From: Bacteroidaceae bacterium
GTDB taxonomy: Bacteria > Bacteroidota > Bacteroidia > Bacteroidales > Bacteroidaceae
Direction of reading: 5' to 3'
Length of the DNA: 64,000 nucleotides
Assembly: GCA_017552435.1 (NCBI GenBank)
Contig: JAFZPZ010000004.1
Span: 4,600 to 68,599 of the forward strand
The position numbers and the translations under genes were made by a program. The notes under the pieces were generated by a model that saw only the letters and a list, made by a program, of their open reading frames with translations, searched no databases and had not been told where the DNA came from. Positions 19,289 to 29,394 of this stretch are shown piece by piece. Every line of letters begins with the position of its first letter. Position 1 is the stretch's first letter.

Positions 19289-20593
19289 TTATTGATGCTC
19301 TTTGTGGAATTGTGAAATGCGCTCAGTAAAGAGCTTCTCTTGCTCGCGCCGGAAGAATGACGTGCAAATGCGAACACCTTGCTGCGTAGAGCCCATCGTA
19401 TCCAATGGATATACGGCAATGCCATAGGTCATCAATTCCCGCGTCAACTGCAGGTCATTCATGCCGGGATACTGCACGGTGAAGTAGAAGCCGTCTGCCA
19501 AAGGAGCGCCCATATCATTGTCGTAAACAAGATAGAAGCCGTTAGCAAGCAACACGTCTTTCATAAACTTGGCCCGACGGCCGTATTCACGCACATCATC
19601 GAGGAAATTATATTCTCCCCTGACGGCAGCCTCCATCAGAGCCGACATGGCATGCTGAACGGAGTGGGTCGTACCGCTGGAAAGCGTGTACATCAATCGT
19701 CCCACGAAGAAATCGCCGAAGGTGCCCACGCCAAACTTTTCCTTCAAAGGAGCATAAGTACGGTGGAAGAGTTTGTTCGAGATACAAGTCACGCCGATGC
19801 GCTGACCTGCATAAGAGAATGCCTTCGATGCTGAAACCCAGAGTACATAGTTGTCGGTATAACGAGCAACTGTCGCTTGGAAAGGTTCTTGGAAAGGATG
19901 CGAAAGGTCGCGGCGGAAGTCCATCGCGAAATATGCCAAATCTTCCAAGACAAGGATATCATACTTCGTGGCAATCTGCCCGATACCTCGCAGTTCCTCC
20001 TCAGTGAAACAAACCCAAGAGGGATTGTTAGGATTGGAATAAACAACGGCACAAATATTTCCCTTTGCAACAATTTCTTCCAGTTTCTTGGTTAGGGCCT
20101 CACCTCGGTAGTTATAGATATCGAGGGCTTCGTGCTTCAAACCAATCACGTCGCACTGTGTGGTCTGCACAGGAAAACCGGGTTGGATGAGCAACACTGT
20201 GTCCTGCTTCGTACCGGCGAAGGCATGATGAATCGCCGTAAAGGTGGCGAAGGTGCCTTGCATACTGCCCGTCGTCGGCACACACCCTTCGGGAGCAACA
20301 TCAACTCCGATAAAGGCTTTCACGAAATCAGAAGCCGCCTTTTTGATACGAGGAATACCACCGTTTGGCGGATAGATCGTAGCGCAGCCGTTCCGAAGGG
20401 CTTCTGCTTCTGCCTTCAAGGCAATCTCAGAAGGTTGCAGTCCCGGCACGCCCATTTCCAAATGGATTACTTCTTCTCCGGTCTTTTCTTCGAGGACACG
20501 GGAAAGAGCCTGTATATCACGTATGGTGGCTTGGGAGAAATCCCCAAGCCCCATCGCGTCAATAATATTGTTTACCTGTTCTTTGTTTAACAC
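19289..20593 (-). CDS. Pyridoxal-phosphate-dependent aminotransferase (class I/II)
   Basis: 434 aa. Aminotransferase I/II-like blocks are present (YPPNGGIP, YSNPNNPSW, SASKAFSYAGQRIG containing the PLP lysine). The apparent start is a GTG, so the start is uncertain. Confidence 0.8.
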   Translation of the reverse strand: MLNKEQVNNIIDAMGLGDFSQATIRDIQALSRVLEEKTGEEVIHLEMGVPGLQPSEIALKAEAEALRNGCATIYPPNGGIPRIKKAASDFVKAFIGVDVAPEGCVPTTGSMQGTFATFTAIHHAFAGTKQDTVLLIQPGFPVQTTQCDVIGLKHEALDIYNYRGEALTKKLEEIVAKGNICAVVYSNPNNPSWVCFTEEELRGIGQIATKYDILVLEDLAYFAMDFRRDLSHPFQEPFQATVARYTDNYVLWVSASKAFSYAGQRIGVTCISNKLFHRTYAPLKEKFGVGTFGDFFVGRLMYTLSSGTTHSVQHAMSALMEAAVRGEYNFLDDVREYGRRAKFMKDVLLANGFYLVYDNDMGAPLADGFYFTVQYPGMNDLQLTRELMTYGIAVYPLDTMGSTQQGVRICTSFFRREQEKLFTERISQFHKEHQ

Positions 20594-20624
20594 AATGTGT
20601 TTTATTTACAATTTAACTATTTAA

Positions 20625-20653
20625 GTTCCCCCTAAAGGGGGTTAGGGGGTTCC
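20625..20653. repeat. C5-TAAA-G5-TTA-G5 palindromic element (copy E1)
   Basis: gttCCCCCTAAAGGGGGTTAGGGGGttcc lies in the 59-nt spacer between the paaK stop and the aminotransferase start. Near-identical copies occur at 28076-28101 and 36052-36077. Confidence 0.9.
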
Positions 20654-21963
20654 TACTTCCAATTTGAGAAGTCTCGTTTATCATTCACATGCTTAGCCTT
20701 GCCCGTAGAACGCTGGATGGTCCCTGGTGGCTGTATGTGGATGTTGGGTTTGATGCCGGTAAGCGATACGAGGCGGTCGTAGAGCGGCTTAATGAATGGC
20801 ATCTGCTTGCCAGGATTCGGCGAGAAGAACTCTTCGCGCAATTCCACATCAAGGTCGAAAGTATCCTCGTTACCCTTGCGGTCCACAGTGATGAAGTACT
20901 GAGGTGTGAAGGCAGGGAATTCGGTGAGCACAGTCTCAATCTGACTTGGGAAGACGTTTACGCCACGAATGATGAGCATATCGTCGCTGCGGCCCAGCAC
21001 CTTACCCAACCTGACAGCGGTGCGTCCGCACTTGCAGGGTTCGTAGTTGAGGCTTGAAAGGTCGCGGGTACGATAGCGAAGGATAGGCATTGCCTCTTTG
21101 CAAAGGGATGTGATGACCAATTCGCCCACCTCACCGGGAGCAACGGGTTCGAGAGTTTCGGGATTGACAATCTCGGGCAGGAACATATCTTCCCAGATGT
21201 GGGTGCCGTCCTGATACTGACATTCGCCGCCTACGCCTGGACCGCACATCTCGGTAAGGCCGTAGATGTCGATAGCCTTGATGTGGAGCTTCGCTTCCAA
21301 TTCACGGCGTATGCCCCATGTCCAAGGCTCTGCGCCGAAGAAGCCGACGCGAAGCTTGAGCTTGGACACATCGACTTTGTTTTTCTCAATCACCTCTGCC
21401 AAATGCAAAGCATACGAAGGAGTACAGCAGATAGCCGCAGTATTAAGGTCTTGCATCAGCATGATCTGCTTCTCGGAGTTACCTGCGGAAGTGGGCAACT
21501 GCACAGCACCGAGCTTGGCAGCGCCATCGTGAGCACCCAGTCCGCCAGTGAAGAGACCGTACCCGTAGCTCACCTGTACCACATCGCCAGGACCGACATC
21601 ACCTACAGCAAACACACGAGCCACACACTCTGCCCACATATCGAGGTCGGCCTGAGTGTAAGTACCTACGACAGGTTTTCCCGTGGTACCGCTGGAGGCA
21701 TGGATACGCCTTATCTGATCCATGGGCACTGCCTGCAAGCCGAAAGGATATTCGTCACGCAGGTCGTATTTCGTAGTAAAAGGCAGTTTGGTGATATCAT
21801 CGACAGACTTGATATCTTCGGGTTTCACGCCCATTTCGTCCAACTTTCTTTTGTAGAAAGGAACCTTCTCGTAGCATCGTTTCACCGTTGCAGCGAGCCG
21901 TTCGCTTTGCAGCTTTCGCATGTCCTCGCGGGACATGCATTCCATTTTGGGATTATAAATCAT
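20653..21963 (-). CDS. paaK: Phenylacetate--CoA ligase family (PaaK-like adenylate-forming enzyme)
   Basis: 436 aa. Contains the PaaK-type N-terminus MIYNPKMECMSREDMRKLQSERL, the SSGTTGKP AMP-binding motif, and YGLTE. Confidence 0.85.
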   Translation of the reverse strand: MIYNPKMECMSREDMRKLQSERLAATVKRCYEKVPFYKRKLDEMGVKPEDIKSVDDITKLPFTTKYDLRDEYPFGLQAVPMDQIRRIHASSGTTGKPVVGTYTQADLDMWAECVARVFAVGDVGPGDVVQVSYGYGLFTGGLGAHDGAAKLGAVQLPTSAGNSEKQIMLMQDLNTAAICCTPSYALHLAEVIEKNKVDVSKLKLRVGFFGAEPWTWGIRRELEAKLHIKAIDIYGLTEMCGPGVGGECQYQDGTHIWEDMFLPEIVNPETLEPVAPGEVGELVITSLCKEAMPILRYRTRDLSSLNYEPCKCGRTAVRLGKVLGRSDDMLIIRGVNVFPSQIETVLTEFPAFTPQYFITVDRKGNEDTFDLDVELREEFFSPNPGKQMPFIKPLYDRLVSLTGIKPNIHIQPPGTIQRSTGKAKHVNDKRDFSNWK

Positions 21964-21983
21964 AATTATCCTGATTAATAAAA

Positions 21984-22559
21984 TTATTTCGATCCGGCTT
22001 GTACGCCTGCGTCAAAAGCTTTGAGGTTGGCCTCGACGACTTGTTCACCCTTACGGGAGAACACGGTGGCGATGGCTTCCCGGAGGTTTTCTACGGAGAG
22101 AATGCCGATGATAGGAGCCGCCATACCCAATAGCACCATATTCGCACCTCTTGGGTTGCCACAGTCTTTGGCAACCGTCTCGATGTCGAGCTTTATGCTT
22201 GGTAGGGTGTCAAGTTCTTTCTGCAAAGCCTCTTCGTCAGGATAATTGGGGATGTTGACGAAAGGCTTCGAGCTGGTCACGATTTTGCCGTCTCTGCTAA
22301 GATAAGCCAGATAGCGCATCGCCTCCATCGGTTCCATAGAGATGATGAGGTCTGCACCGGCTTCGCCAATGAGGTCGCTCCAGATGGGTTCCGTCGAGAG
22401 GCGCAGGTTCGACTGCACATCGCCGCCTCTTTGGCTCATGCCGTGCACTTCTGCCTGCTTGAGGTAAAGCCCAGCCTTCGTTGCAGCCTCGCCTATGATA
22501 GTCGCGATGGAGAGGATACCTTGTCCGCCCACACCGCACAGGATGATGTCTTTCTTCAT
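21984..22559 (-). CDS. iorB: Indolepyruvate:ferredoxin oxidoreductase, beta subunit
   Basis: The internal ATG at 22559 gives MKKDIILCGVGGQGILSIATIIG, the canonical IorB start. It overlaps the iorA stop as ATGA. Confidence 0.85.
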   Translation of the reverse strand: MKKDIILCGVGGQGILSIATIIGEAATKAGLYLKQAEVHGMSQRGGDVQSNLRLSTEPIWSDLIGEAGADLIISMEPMEAMRYLAYLSRDGKIVTSSKPFVNIPNYPDEEALQKELDTLPSIKLDIETVAKDCGNPRGANMVLLGMAAPIIGILSVENLREAIATVFSRKGEQVVEANLKAFDAGVQAGSK

Positions 22560-24133
22560 TGTTTTTTTGCTCTTGCATGACGGGCAAATGTCTGTATGCA
22601 TTCCCTGCGAGGGATGATGACAGAGACGCCCTTGTATTCTATCTCTTCACGGATGACACGCGTAATCTCGGGCATGTTCTTGGGCAGAGGCACAACGACA
22701 CGCACATGCTCCGGCTCAACACCTAATCCGAGACAGATGGCCTCATACTTGTTGGTGCCAGCAGAGTCCTGGCCGCCGGTCATACCTGTCGTGAGGTTGT
22801 CGGAGATAATGACCGTAATGTTGGACTTGTCGTTGACAGCATCCAGCAATCCTGTCATACCGCTATGGGTAAAAGTCGAGTCACCGATGATGGCTACAGC
22901 AGGGAAGAGTCCTGCATCGGCAGCGCCCTTTGCCATCGTGATACTGGCGCCCATATCTACACAGGACGAAAGACTCTGGAAAGGAGGCAGCGCACCAAGC
23001 GTATAGCAACCGATGTCGCCAAAGACGCGATGCTCGGGATAGTCGGCCAGCACTTGATTCAGCGCGGCATAGACATCCCTATGGCCACAGCCCTGACAGA
23101 GCTGAGGGGGACGTGCCGCCATGTTCTTGGCAGGAGCAAAGACTGCACCTGTTGCCTTTCCGAGTGCCTTTGCCACATTGTCGGGATTGAGTTCGCCAGT
23201 ACGAGGCAGGTCACCAGTCAAGCGTCCCTTTACGGGATAGCCCGCACCAAGCAAGCCCTTCACCAGTTCCTCTACGACAGGCTGTCCGTCTTCAATGACG
23301 AGCAGGTCATCACAATTTGCAGCCAGTGCCTTTATCTTCTCTTCGGGCAGGGGATATTGCGAAATCTTCACAAGATTGGCATCGTTACCAAGAGCTTCCT
23401 TCACATAGTTGTAGGCAATGCCACAAGTCAGGATACCCGTCTTGGAGGCAGAAGTCTCAACCTTATTATAAGGACTCTCTGCCGATGCCTGCTTCATCGC
23501 ATCCTGCTTTCCCAGAAGAGCTACATACTTCTTCCTTGCGATGCCCGGCAGGAGAACCCACTGGTCGGTGGAAGGCGAGAGGAGTTTCTCTGCCTTTGGT
23601 TCGGTAACTTCGACAGCGGCACGAGAATGAGCCAATCGGGTCACGACACGAAGTACGATGGGTTCGCCCAGCTTCTCCGACAAGTCGAAACCGTATGCCA
23701 TCATGTCGTAGGCCTCCTGTTGGTTAGAGGGTTCGAGGCATGGAACGAGTGCGAACTTAGCATAGAAGCGCGAGTCCTGTTCGTTTTGCGAGGAGTGCAT
23801 CGAGGGGTCGTCGGCAGCCAACACGATAAGGCCGCCCTTCACGCCAGTAATAGCGCTGTTGACGAAAGCATCGGCACAAACATTCATGCCGACATGCTTC
23901 ATGCAAACCAAAGCCCTCTTGCCGGCATACGACATACCGAGGGCTGCTTCCATCGCGGTCTTTTCGTTGGTACACCAACGGGAATGTACGCCGCGTTCTT
24001 TTGCAAGAGGATGATTTTGAATGTATTCAGTGATTTCGGTGCTCGGTGTCCCCGGATATGCATACACGCCGCTCAATCCGGCGTTGATGGCACCCAGAGC
24101 GACTGCCTCGTCACCTAATAGGAGTTTTTTCAT
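22556..24133 (-). CDS. iorA: Indolepyruvate:ferredoxin oxidoreductase, alpha subunit (TPP-dependent)
   Basis: 525 aa. MKKLLLGDEAVALGAINAGLSGVYAYPGTPSTEI, a TPP-binding GDSTFTHSG block, and a CQGCGHRD cysteine cluster. Confidence 0.9.
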   Translation of the reverse strand: MKKLLLGDEAVALGAINAGLSGVYAYPGTPSTEITEYIQNHPLAKERGVHSRWCTNEKTAMEAALGMSYAGKRALVCMKHVGMNVCADAFVNSAITGVKGGLIVLAADDPSMHSSQNEQDSRFYAKFALVPCLEPSNQQEAYDMMAYGFDLSEKLGEPIVLRVVTRLAHSRAAVEVTEPKAEKLLSPSTDQWVLLPGIARKKYVALLGKQDAMKQASAESPYNKVETSASKTGILTCGIAYNYVKEALGNDANLVKISQYPLPEEKIKALAANCDDLLVIEDGQPVVEELVKGLLGAGYPVKGRLTGDLPRTGELNPDNVAKALGKATGAVFAPAKNMAARPPQLCQGCGHRDVYAALNQVLADYPEHRVFGDIGCYTLGALPPFQSLSSCVDMGASITMAKGAADAGLFPAVAIIGDSTFTHSGMTGLLDAVNDKSNITVIISDNLTTGMTGGQDSAGTNKYEAICLGLGVEPEHVRVVVPLPKNMPEITRVIREEIEYKGVSVIIPRRECIQTFARHARAKKQ

Positions 24134-24178
24134 TTATTGGTTGTTTAGGAAATTTGTCGTTTGGTCGTTTAGGGTGGA

Positions 24179-24763
24179 TTATGCTCTGATGAGCTGGAGG
24201 AACTCTTCGCGAGTCTTGGCCTGATTGAAAGCGCCGCAGAAGTCACTGGTTGTGGTGATGCTGCCCTGCTTCTGAACGCCTCGCATCTGCATGCACATGT
24301 GCTGGGCCTCGACGACAACCATCACGCCCAGTGGCTGGAGAGCCTCCTGTATGCACTCGCGAATCTGCTTCGTCATGCGTTCCTGAATCTGCAGACGATG
24401 CGAAAAGCAATCCACCACGCGAGCTATCTTGCTCAATCCCGTCACCTGTCCGTCGGGGATATACGCCACATGTACCTTGCCGTAGAACGGCAGCATGTGA
24501 TGCTCGCAAAGTGAGTAGAAATTGATGTCGCGCACGATGACCATCTGACGGTAGTCCTCGTTGAATTTAGCGGAGTTGAGTATCGCAACAGGGTCTTGCT
24601 CGTAGCCGCATGTCAGGAAGGTCATTGCCCGGGCCACACGCTTCGGTGTCTTGAGGAGACCTTCGCGCTGTGCATCCTCACCGAGAATGTCGAGTATGGC
24701 ACGGATATGCTCTGAGATTTGCACCTGGGCAGGTGTCAGTTCGTGCTTATAAGGTTCTTCCAT
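24179..24763 (-). CDS. folE: GTP cyclohydrolase I
   Basis: 194 aa. Contains the diagnostic [22 protein letters not shown] and the [13 protein letters not shown] motifs. Confidence 0.9.
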   Translation of the reverse strand: MEEPYKHELTPAQVQISEHIRAILDILGEDAQREGLLKTPKRVARAMTFLTCGYEQDPVAILNSAKFNEDYRQMVIVRDINFYSLCEHHMLPFYGKVHVAYIPDGQVTGLSKIARVVDCFSHRLQIQERMTKQIRECIQEALQPLGVMVVVEAQHMCMQMRGVQKQGSITTTSDFCGAFNQAKTREEFLQLIRA

Positions 24764-24793
24764 TTAATGTTTTAACATTTTAACGCCTTAATT

Positions 24794-24825
24794 CTTAAAC
24801 TTTTAAACGCTTAAACTTTTAAACC
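24794..24825. repeat. Two tandem 16-nt units, CTTAAACTTTTAAAC(G/C)
   Basis: Read directly in the 64-nt spacer between the SPOR gene and folE. Confidence 0.85.
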
Positions 24826-24827
24826 CT

Positions 24828-25346
24828 TCAAAGTCTTACGTTTATCTTACTTTTCACAATGACGGCTTCGCGGAAGATACCCATTTCGCGAATCTGTCGG
24901 AGAACTTCGCTGGCCTCTTCCATCGTCCGGAAGTCGCCAGCCTGGCATTTCCAGTGAGGCGAAACGAAGCTCACATAGACAGCATACTGCGGGAAGGAGT
25001 CCCTGAAGCGCAGACCTGCAGCCCGCGCTTCAGTTTTTCCTTTGCGGGAATTGTCGCCGAAGTACACTTGAATGCGAAACCCATTCATCTTGACCTTTGA
25101 CCCGAGCGAAAGGCTGTCCAAACCCGTCGTATCGGAATACTGCGGTGTGGTTCCGTCAACCTGTCTCTTCTGCCCAGGGGCAGCAGATTTGTTCGTGCCG
25201 TTGACGAGATCAGTTATGGACTTATCCTGATGCAGGATAATTCTGCCCGCCGACTCAACTACTTGCTGCAGTTTGTCGGTAAATGTCTGCTGGGCGCTCA
25301 GCATCAGAACACTCAGCCAAAGTGTAAGGGCAAAGGCGTACTTCAT
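24828..25346 (-). CDS. SPOR (peptidoglycan-binding) domain protein
   Basis: The ATG at 25346 gives the signal/anchor MKYAFALTLWLSVLMLSA. The C-terminal 75 aa (FRIQVYFGDNSRKGKTEARAA...WKCQAGDFRTMEEASEV) look like a SPOR domain. The start lies 2 nt from the tpiA stop. Confidence 0.65.
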   Translation of the reverse strand: MKYAFALTLWLSVLMLSAQQTFTDKLQQVVESAGRIILHQDKSITDLVNGTNKSAAPGQKRQVDGTTPQYSDTTGLDSLSLGSKVKMNGFRIQVYFGDNSRKGKTEARAAGLRFRDSFPQYAVYVSFVSPHWKCQAGDFRTMEEASEVLRQIREMGIFREAVIVKSKINVRL

Positions 25347-25347
25347 T

Positions 25348-26106
25348 TTATTTCCAAGCGTCGATAATACCCTTGAAGTCGGGAGCCTTGAGGCTTGCGC
25401 CGCCAATCAGGCCGCCATCGATATCGGGTTTGCCGAAGAGTTCGGGAGCGTTGCTGGCCTTGCAGGAACCGCCGTAGAGGATGCTGGTGTCGTCGGCTGC
25501 CTGAGCGCCATAGACATCGGCAACGCATTTGCGGATGTAGGCGTGAATCTCTTCTGCCTGCTCTGCGGTAGCGGTCTTGCCTGTTCCGATGGCCCAGATG
25601 GGTTCGTAGGCAATCACGATGTTCTTCCACTGCTCAGCAGAGAGGTGGAATACACTGCCTTCCAACTCAGCCTTGCAGACAGCCTCCTGTTTGTTAGCCT
25701 CACGCTCTGCCAGGCTTTCGCCGATGCAGAAGATAACCTTCAGGCCGTTGGCCAGAGCCAGATCAACCTTCTCCTTCAGGATTTCGGGAGTCTCGTTGTA
25801 GTATTCACGACGCTCGCTGTGACCCAGGATAACATACTCGGCACCGGTGCTCTTCACCATAGCTGCGCTCACTTCGCCCGTGTAAGCACCGCTCTCCTTG
25901 TTGGCGCAGTTCTCTGCGCTGACGGCGATAACGCTGTCCTTCAGCAGCTCACTCAGAGTTGCGAGGTGGATGAAGGGAGTACCGATGATAACTTCACAAT
26001 TGGGCTTTTCAACAGCCAGAATGTTCTTAAGTTCAGTAGCCAGAGCTACACCTTCCTGCAGGGTCTTGTTCATTTTCCAGTTGCCTGCTACGATTTTCTT
26101 TCTCAT
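25348..26106 (-). CDS. tpiA: Triose-phosphate isomerase
   Basis: The ATG at 26106 gives [15 protein letters not shown]. The catalytic blocks ILGHSERR and [15 protein letters not shown] are present. Confidence 0.9.
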   Translation of the reverse strand: MRKKIVAGNWKMNKTLQEGVALATELKNILAVEKPNCEVIIGTPFIHLATLSELLKDSVIAVSAENCANKESGAYTGEVSAAMVKSTGAEYVILGHSERREYYNETPEILKEKVDLALANGLKVIFCIGESLAEREANKQEAVCKAELEGSVFHLSAEQWKNIVIAYEPIWAIGTGKTATAEQAEEIHAYIRKCVADVYGAQAADDTSILYGGSCKASNAPELFGKPDIDGGLIGGASLKAPDFKGIIDAWK

Positions 26107-27389
26107 GTGTTTTGTTGTTTTATTTGGTTTGTATTTCGTTTGTTTTTCCATTTATTCATACCTATGCTAACTGCATCGATGATCAGGAAGAGGAGCAGAG
26201 GCAGGATGTACCAGCAGAGGATGCCTGCAATGCGTTCGCCCAAACTGCCGACCTTCTGTTCGGGTTGCGCGCTCAGTTCTTCCGCCCTCGGCAGTGCAGT
26301 CGAGGGCCATTTGCCCACCACCTTGCCGTCGTGCAGGAGCATCAGTCCGGGATTGGAGCGAATCATCGTCTTGAGCACAACAGCATCGCCTCTGCAGAAA
26401 GGATATTCGGCACCGGTCATTTCTTTCCAGGTTTCGATGCCCTTCTCGCCGCTCGACGTGAGGCAGTAGAAGCCGTAACCCGCGTCCTGGCTGTAGTCAT
26501 AGAGCGACAGCAGTCCGCCCATCACGCTATCGTCGGCTTTTTCCAGATAGGGAGCCACGAGCAGGAAGGTATAACCCTCGTCGCCGAGTATTGCCTCGGT
26601 GATGTCCTCGCCGCTCTCTATATCCTGGATGATGAGATCCCCCACCCCAGAGCGCTTCGTCGGTTCTGTCTGGACGGTGCGCGTATCGATGAAGGTCCAG
26701 GTGCTGTCGGGATAGTCCTCCAATGCAAACTCCTGCTGCACGCCATCCTTCTCCAGGATAAAGGTTGTGACGAACTGCCCGAAGTTCTGCTGGTCGTCGT
26801 ACCAGGCTTGTCTGATGTCGGCACCCACATGATATGGACGGAAGTCGATAACAGGCAGACGCCAGAGATTATAGCCGGCGAAGAGGGCGGCAAACACGAA
26901 CGAGTAGAGCGTCACCATCCACTGGTTCTTCTTCGTCACAAGATGCGGCATCAGCTTGTAGTAGCGCAGCGCGATGCAAGCGCAGACGAGCAGCACCACG
27001 TTCTTGCCGAATGTCTGCCAGTTGGAGAGCACCAGTGCGTCGCCGAAGCAGCCGCAGTCGGACACCGGATTCGTGAGGGCCAGACAGAGTGTCAGGGGCG
27101 TCATGAAAAGCAGGAAGCAGATAGCGACCCCCGTTGCCAGACGGCGACGAATGCCGAAAAATAGGTAGATGCCTATCAGGAATTCCAGCACTGCCAGCAC
27201 GCAGGCCAGCACCAGTGGCAGTCCTTCAGGCAGCAGATTCGCCACGCCGAAAGCAGCGCCGTAGTCCTCTATTTTATACTGCGTGCCGCGAGGGTCAATC
27301 AGTTTCACCACTCCGGAGAACAGGAACGTCAGTGCAAGCACCAGACGTACTATTCCCATCGCTATGTATCTTACAACTTTTCTCACCAA
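26103..27389 (-). CDS. DoxX/MauE-type membrane protein with C-terminal soluble domain
   Basis: 428 aa. The N-terminal ~190 aa contain 4-5 TM helices and a SDCGCFGD motif. A soluble domain and a terminal TM helix follow. It overlaps the tpiA start by 4 nt. Confidence 0.55.
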   Translation of the reverse strand: MVRKVVRYIAMGIVRLVLALTFLFSGVVKLIDPRGTQYKIEDYGAAFGVANLLPEGLPLVLACVLAVLEFLIGIYLFFGIRRRLATGVAICFLLFMTPLTLCLALTNPVSDCGCFGDALVLSNWQTFGKNVVLLVCACIALRYYKLMPHLVTKKNQWMVTLYSFVFAALFAGYNLWRLPVIDFRPYHVGADIRQAWYDDQQNFGQFVTTFILEKDGVQQEFALEDYPDSTWTFIDTRTVQTEPTKRSGVGDLIIQDIESGEDITEAILGDEGYTFLLVAPYLEKADDSVMGGLLSLYDYSQDAGYGFYCLTSSGEKGIETWKEMTGAEYPFCRGDAVVLKTMIRSNPGLMLLHDGKVVGKWPSTALPRAEELSAQPEQKVGSLGERIAGILCWYILPLLLFLIIDAVSIGMNKWKNKRNTNQIKQQNT

Positions 27390-27391
27390 TT

Positions 27392-27429
27392 GAAGTTAAT
27401 TCGCTTTACTCATGGAAGTTAAAGTGGAC
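27392..27429 (+). repeat. 38-nt segment repeated at 39090-39127 (GGAAGTTA-word element)
   Basis: gaagttaattcgctttactcatggaagttaaagtggac compared with gaagttaattcgctacgctcatggaagttaaaaaggac gives 33 of 38 identical. Inverted TACTTCC/TAACTTCC words follow at 27473-27503. Confidence 0.85.
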
Positions 27430-27490
27430 GATTGTTTTGGCGCCTTGTGGTATTGTCCAGCGCACAGCGCTTTACTTCCATTTTAACTTC

Positions 27491-28072
27491 CTATTTTACT
27501 TCCTCTTCTTCGTTAAACGTCAACTTTATCAAGCCGAAGACGGCATAGTTCAACATGTCCATATAGTTAGCGTCGATGCCCTCTGACACCAACGTATCCC
27601 CTTCCAGGGATTCTATCTGTTTCGTACGGAACACCTTCATCAGGATAAGGTCGGTGTAGCTGCTGATGAGCATACCGCGCCAAGCCTCATCGTAGTCGTG
27701 GTTCTTGCGGAGCATCAGCTGCAGAGCTTCTTGGGCGTGCTTGTCGTAAGCCTCTATGGCCTCTTCCTTCGTCATATCGTCTGGCTTCTCGCTGTAGCCT
27801 TTCTCCAATTGGATAAGACCGATGATGGCGTAGTTCACGATGCCGATGAACTCGGGGCGGATGCCCTCACCGACAAGCGATACGCCCTTCGTCTCGATGC
27901 TGCGGATGCGATTGGCCTTGATGTATATCTGGTCTGTTAGCGAAGAGGGTCTCAGGATGCGCCATGCCGCGCCGTAGTCGTGCAGTTTCTTCACGAACAG
28001 AGCGCGGCACTCCTCCATCACCTTTTCAAATTGTTGCTGAGTATTCTGATTTGCCATTTTGACATTCACCAT
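27491..28072 (-). CDS. DUF1599-like protein (duplicated four-helix domain; function unknown)
   Basis: 193 aa with two internally similar halves (HDYG.AWR...SLTDQIYIK..RI and HDYDEAWR...SYTDLILMKVFR). The family name is from memory. Confidence 0.55.
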   Translation of the reverse strand: MVNVKMANQNTQQQFEKVMEECRALFVKKLHDYGAAWRILRPSSLTDQIYIKANRIRSIETKGVSLVGEGIRPEFIGIVNYAIIGLIQLEKGYSEKPDDMTKEEAIEAYDKHAQEALQLMLRKNHDYDEAWRGMLISSYTDLILMKVFRTKQIESLEGDTLVSEGIDANYMDMLNYAVFGLIKLTFNEEEEVK

Positions 28073-28075
28073 TTT

Positions 28076-28101
28076 CTCCCCCTAAAGGGGGTTTGGGGGT
28101 C
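28076..28101. repeat. C5-TAAA-G5-TTT-G5 palindromic element (copy E2) in the 5' UTR of the DUF1599 gene
   Basis: ctCCCCCTAAAGGGGGTTTGGGGGtc lies between the -7 box (28114-28121) and the ATG (28072). The hairpin ends 5 nt upstream of the start codon on the mRNA. Confidence 0.9.
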
Positions 28102-28113
28102 TTTTTTCGCGCA

Positions 28114-28121
28114 CAAAGGTA
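28114..28121 (-). promoter_or_regulatory. -7 promoter box (TACCTTTG) for the DUF1599-DoxX-tpiA-SPOR-folE block
   Basis: The plus strand reads CAAAGGTA, 42 nt upstream of the ATG at 28072. Confidence 0.5.
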
Positions 28122-28295
28122 CAAATAAGTGAGGGAAATACAAAAGGAAAACAGAAATTTTTCTTTTTATTTGCGTTCCGCCTGTGTCTGAGTGCCTGCG
28201 TAGAATGGTCTCACCCTCAGGACACATCTCAACTTCTTCGCTTTTCATCCAGTCCTTATGCGAGTAGCTGCCTTTTTTTTACAGAAAAGATGAGG

Positions 28296-29381
28296 TTAGT
28301 TTTTGAAGTATTTTTTGATCACCTCCAGGAATCCATGTCCGTATCTAAGGTCCGGCTCCACATAGTTTCCCTCTCCCCATTCATTCCAAGATTTCAGAAA
28401 ACAAAGTTGCTCACCGTCCTTTTTATCGATTATGTCTGCCACCTGTTTGACATGCTTGTCGAAATTCTCTGGAGTTGTATTGGTGAATATCAACGCACCC
28501 TTGCCACTACGAGGAGAATGATCCCAGTTCGGCAAAATGGTTGGTATTGCATCAGCATCTTTCTCATATTCCGAGACAAGATACTTGTAATATTTGCCAT
28601 AATCGACCAAAATAGGCATCTTGAGCCACTTGCGAATAAAACGGTCGTAAATTATGTCCCATCTGCTCTTTTTGAATCTAAGATCAAGCATGTGGCATGT
28701 GATGATTTTCTCCACTCCAAGAGATTTCAATCTCTGGAATTCATTAGAGCAATCGCAAGTATAAGCTACGAAATAGAACCCCGGCAGGCCATTATTTGCT
28801 GCGAGTTCATTCCATTGGGCCATAAACTCCTGTAGTCCCTGAAACTCCAAAGCCTTATAGATAACAAACAGCAATTTGCCATCACATTTGATGTAGCGCG
28901 GGTCCTTGAAAGCTTTCAGGAGCTTATAAAAATGCTTTTCGTTATCCACTCTCCCCGGATACTTCTGTTCGGCAAGGGGTTTCTTTTCTATAGTACCGTC
29001 AATATTCCAGAATTTGGAGTACCATGTCTCATTTGCCCAACAAAGGCAGAAGGGGAAGTCGGGCTCTCCGGAATTCACTACTTCATAGAAGGGAGTTTCT
29101 AGTTCCTCGAAACCATTCTCGAACCAATAATGATAGTAGCAAAACCCGTATACGCCATATTCGCGGGCAAGATCAGCTTGTGCTTGGCGCGTCTCGGGAA
29201 GGCGCAAATCATAAAACCCCAGATCCGCAGGAACATTAGGTTGATGATGGCCGCGAAAGAGAGGCTTGGCCTTTGCTACGTTCGTCCACTCTGTGAAGCC
29301 TTTTCCCCACCACTTGTCATTTCGTGGAGTAGGATGATACTGGGGAAGATAAAAAGCAATGAGTTTCTTATTAGATGACAT
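28296..29381 (-). CDS. WbsX-family (GH99-like fold) polysaccharide biosynthesis protein
   Basis: The ATG at 29381 gives MSSNKKLIAFYLPQYHPTPRNDKWWGKGFTEWTNV, the hallmark N-terminus of the Glyco_tran_WbsX family. The longer ORF would overlap the upstream gene. Confidence 0.75.
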   Translation of the reverse strand: MSSNKKLIAFYLPQYHPTPRNDKWWGKGFTEWTNVAKAKPLFRGHHQPNVPADLGFYDLRLPETRQAQADLAREYGVYGFCYYHYWFENGFEELETPFYEVVNSGEPDFPFCLCWANETWYSKFWNIDGTIEKKPLAEQKYPGRVDNEKHFYKLLKAFKDPRYIKCDGKLLFVIYKALEFQGLQEFMAQWNELAANNGLPGFYFVAYTCDCSNEFQRLKSLGVEKIITCHMLDLRFKKSRWDIIYDRFIRKWLKMPILVDYGKYYKYLVSEYEKDADAIPTILPNWDHSPRSGKGALIFTNTTPENFDKHVKQVADIIDKKDGEQLCFLKSWNEWGEGNYVEPDLRYGHGFLEVIKKYFKN

Positions 29382-29394
29382 TTCTAGTTGGTTA

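Noticed and set aside
22865-24118. 417-aa ORF antisense to iorA. Comparable antisense ORFs lie at 21199-21978, 25273-26469 and 26112-27164.
   Set aside because: The same reasoning applies. They fully overlap strongly motif-supported genes (iorA, paaK, tpiA, DoxX) and have no start context or promoter box.
27412-27486. 24-codon plus-strand ORF (MEVKVDDCFGALWYCPAHSALLPF) that starts with the same ATGGAAGTTAAA as the regulator gene.
   Set aside because: It is very short, lies antisense to the surrounding operon, and is most simply a by-product of the GGAAGTTA word element. It is kept only as a note in the 38-nt repeat finding.
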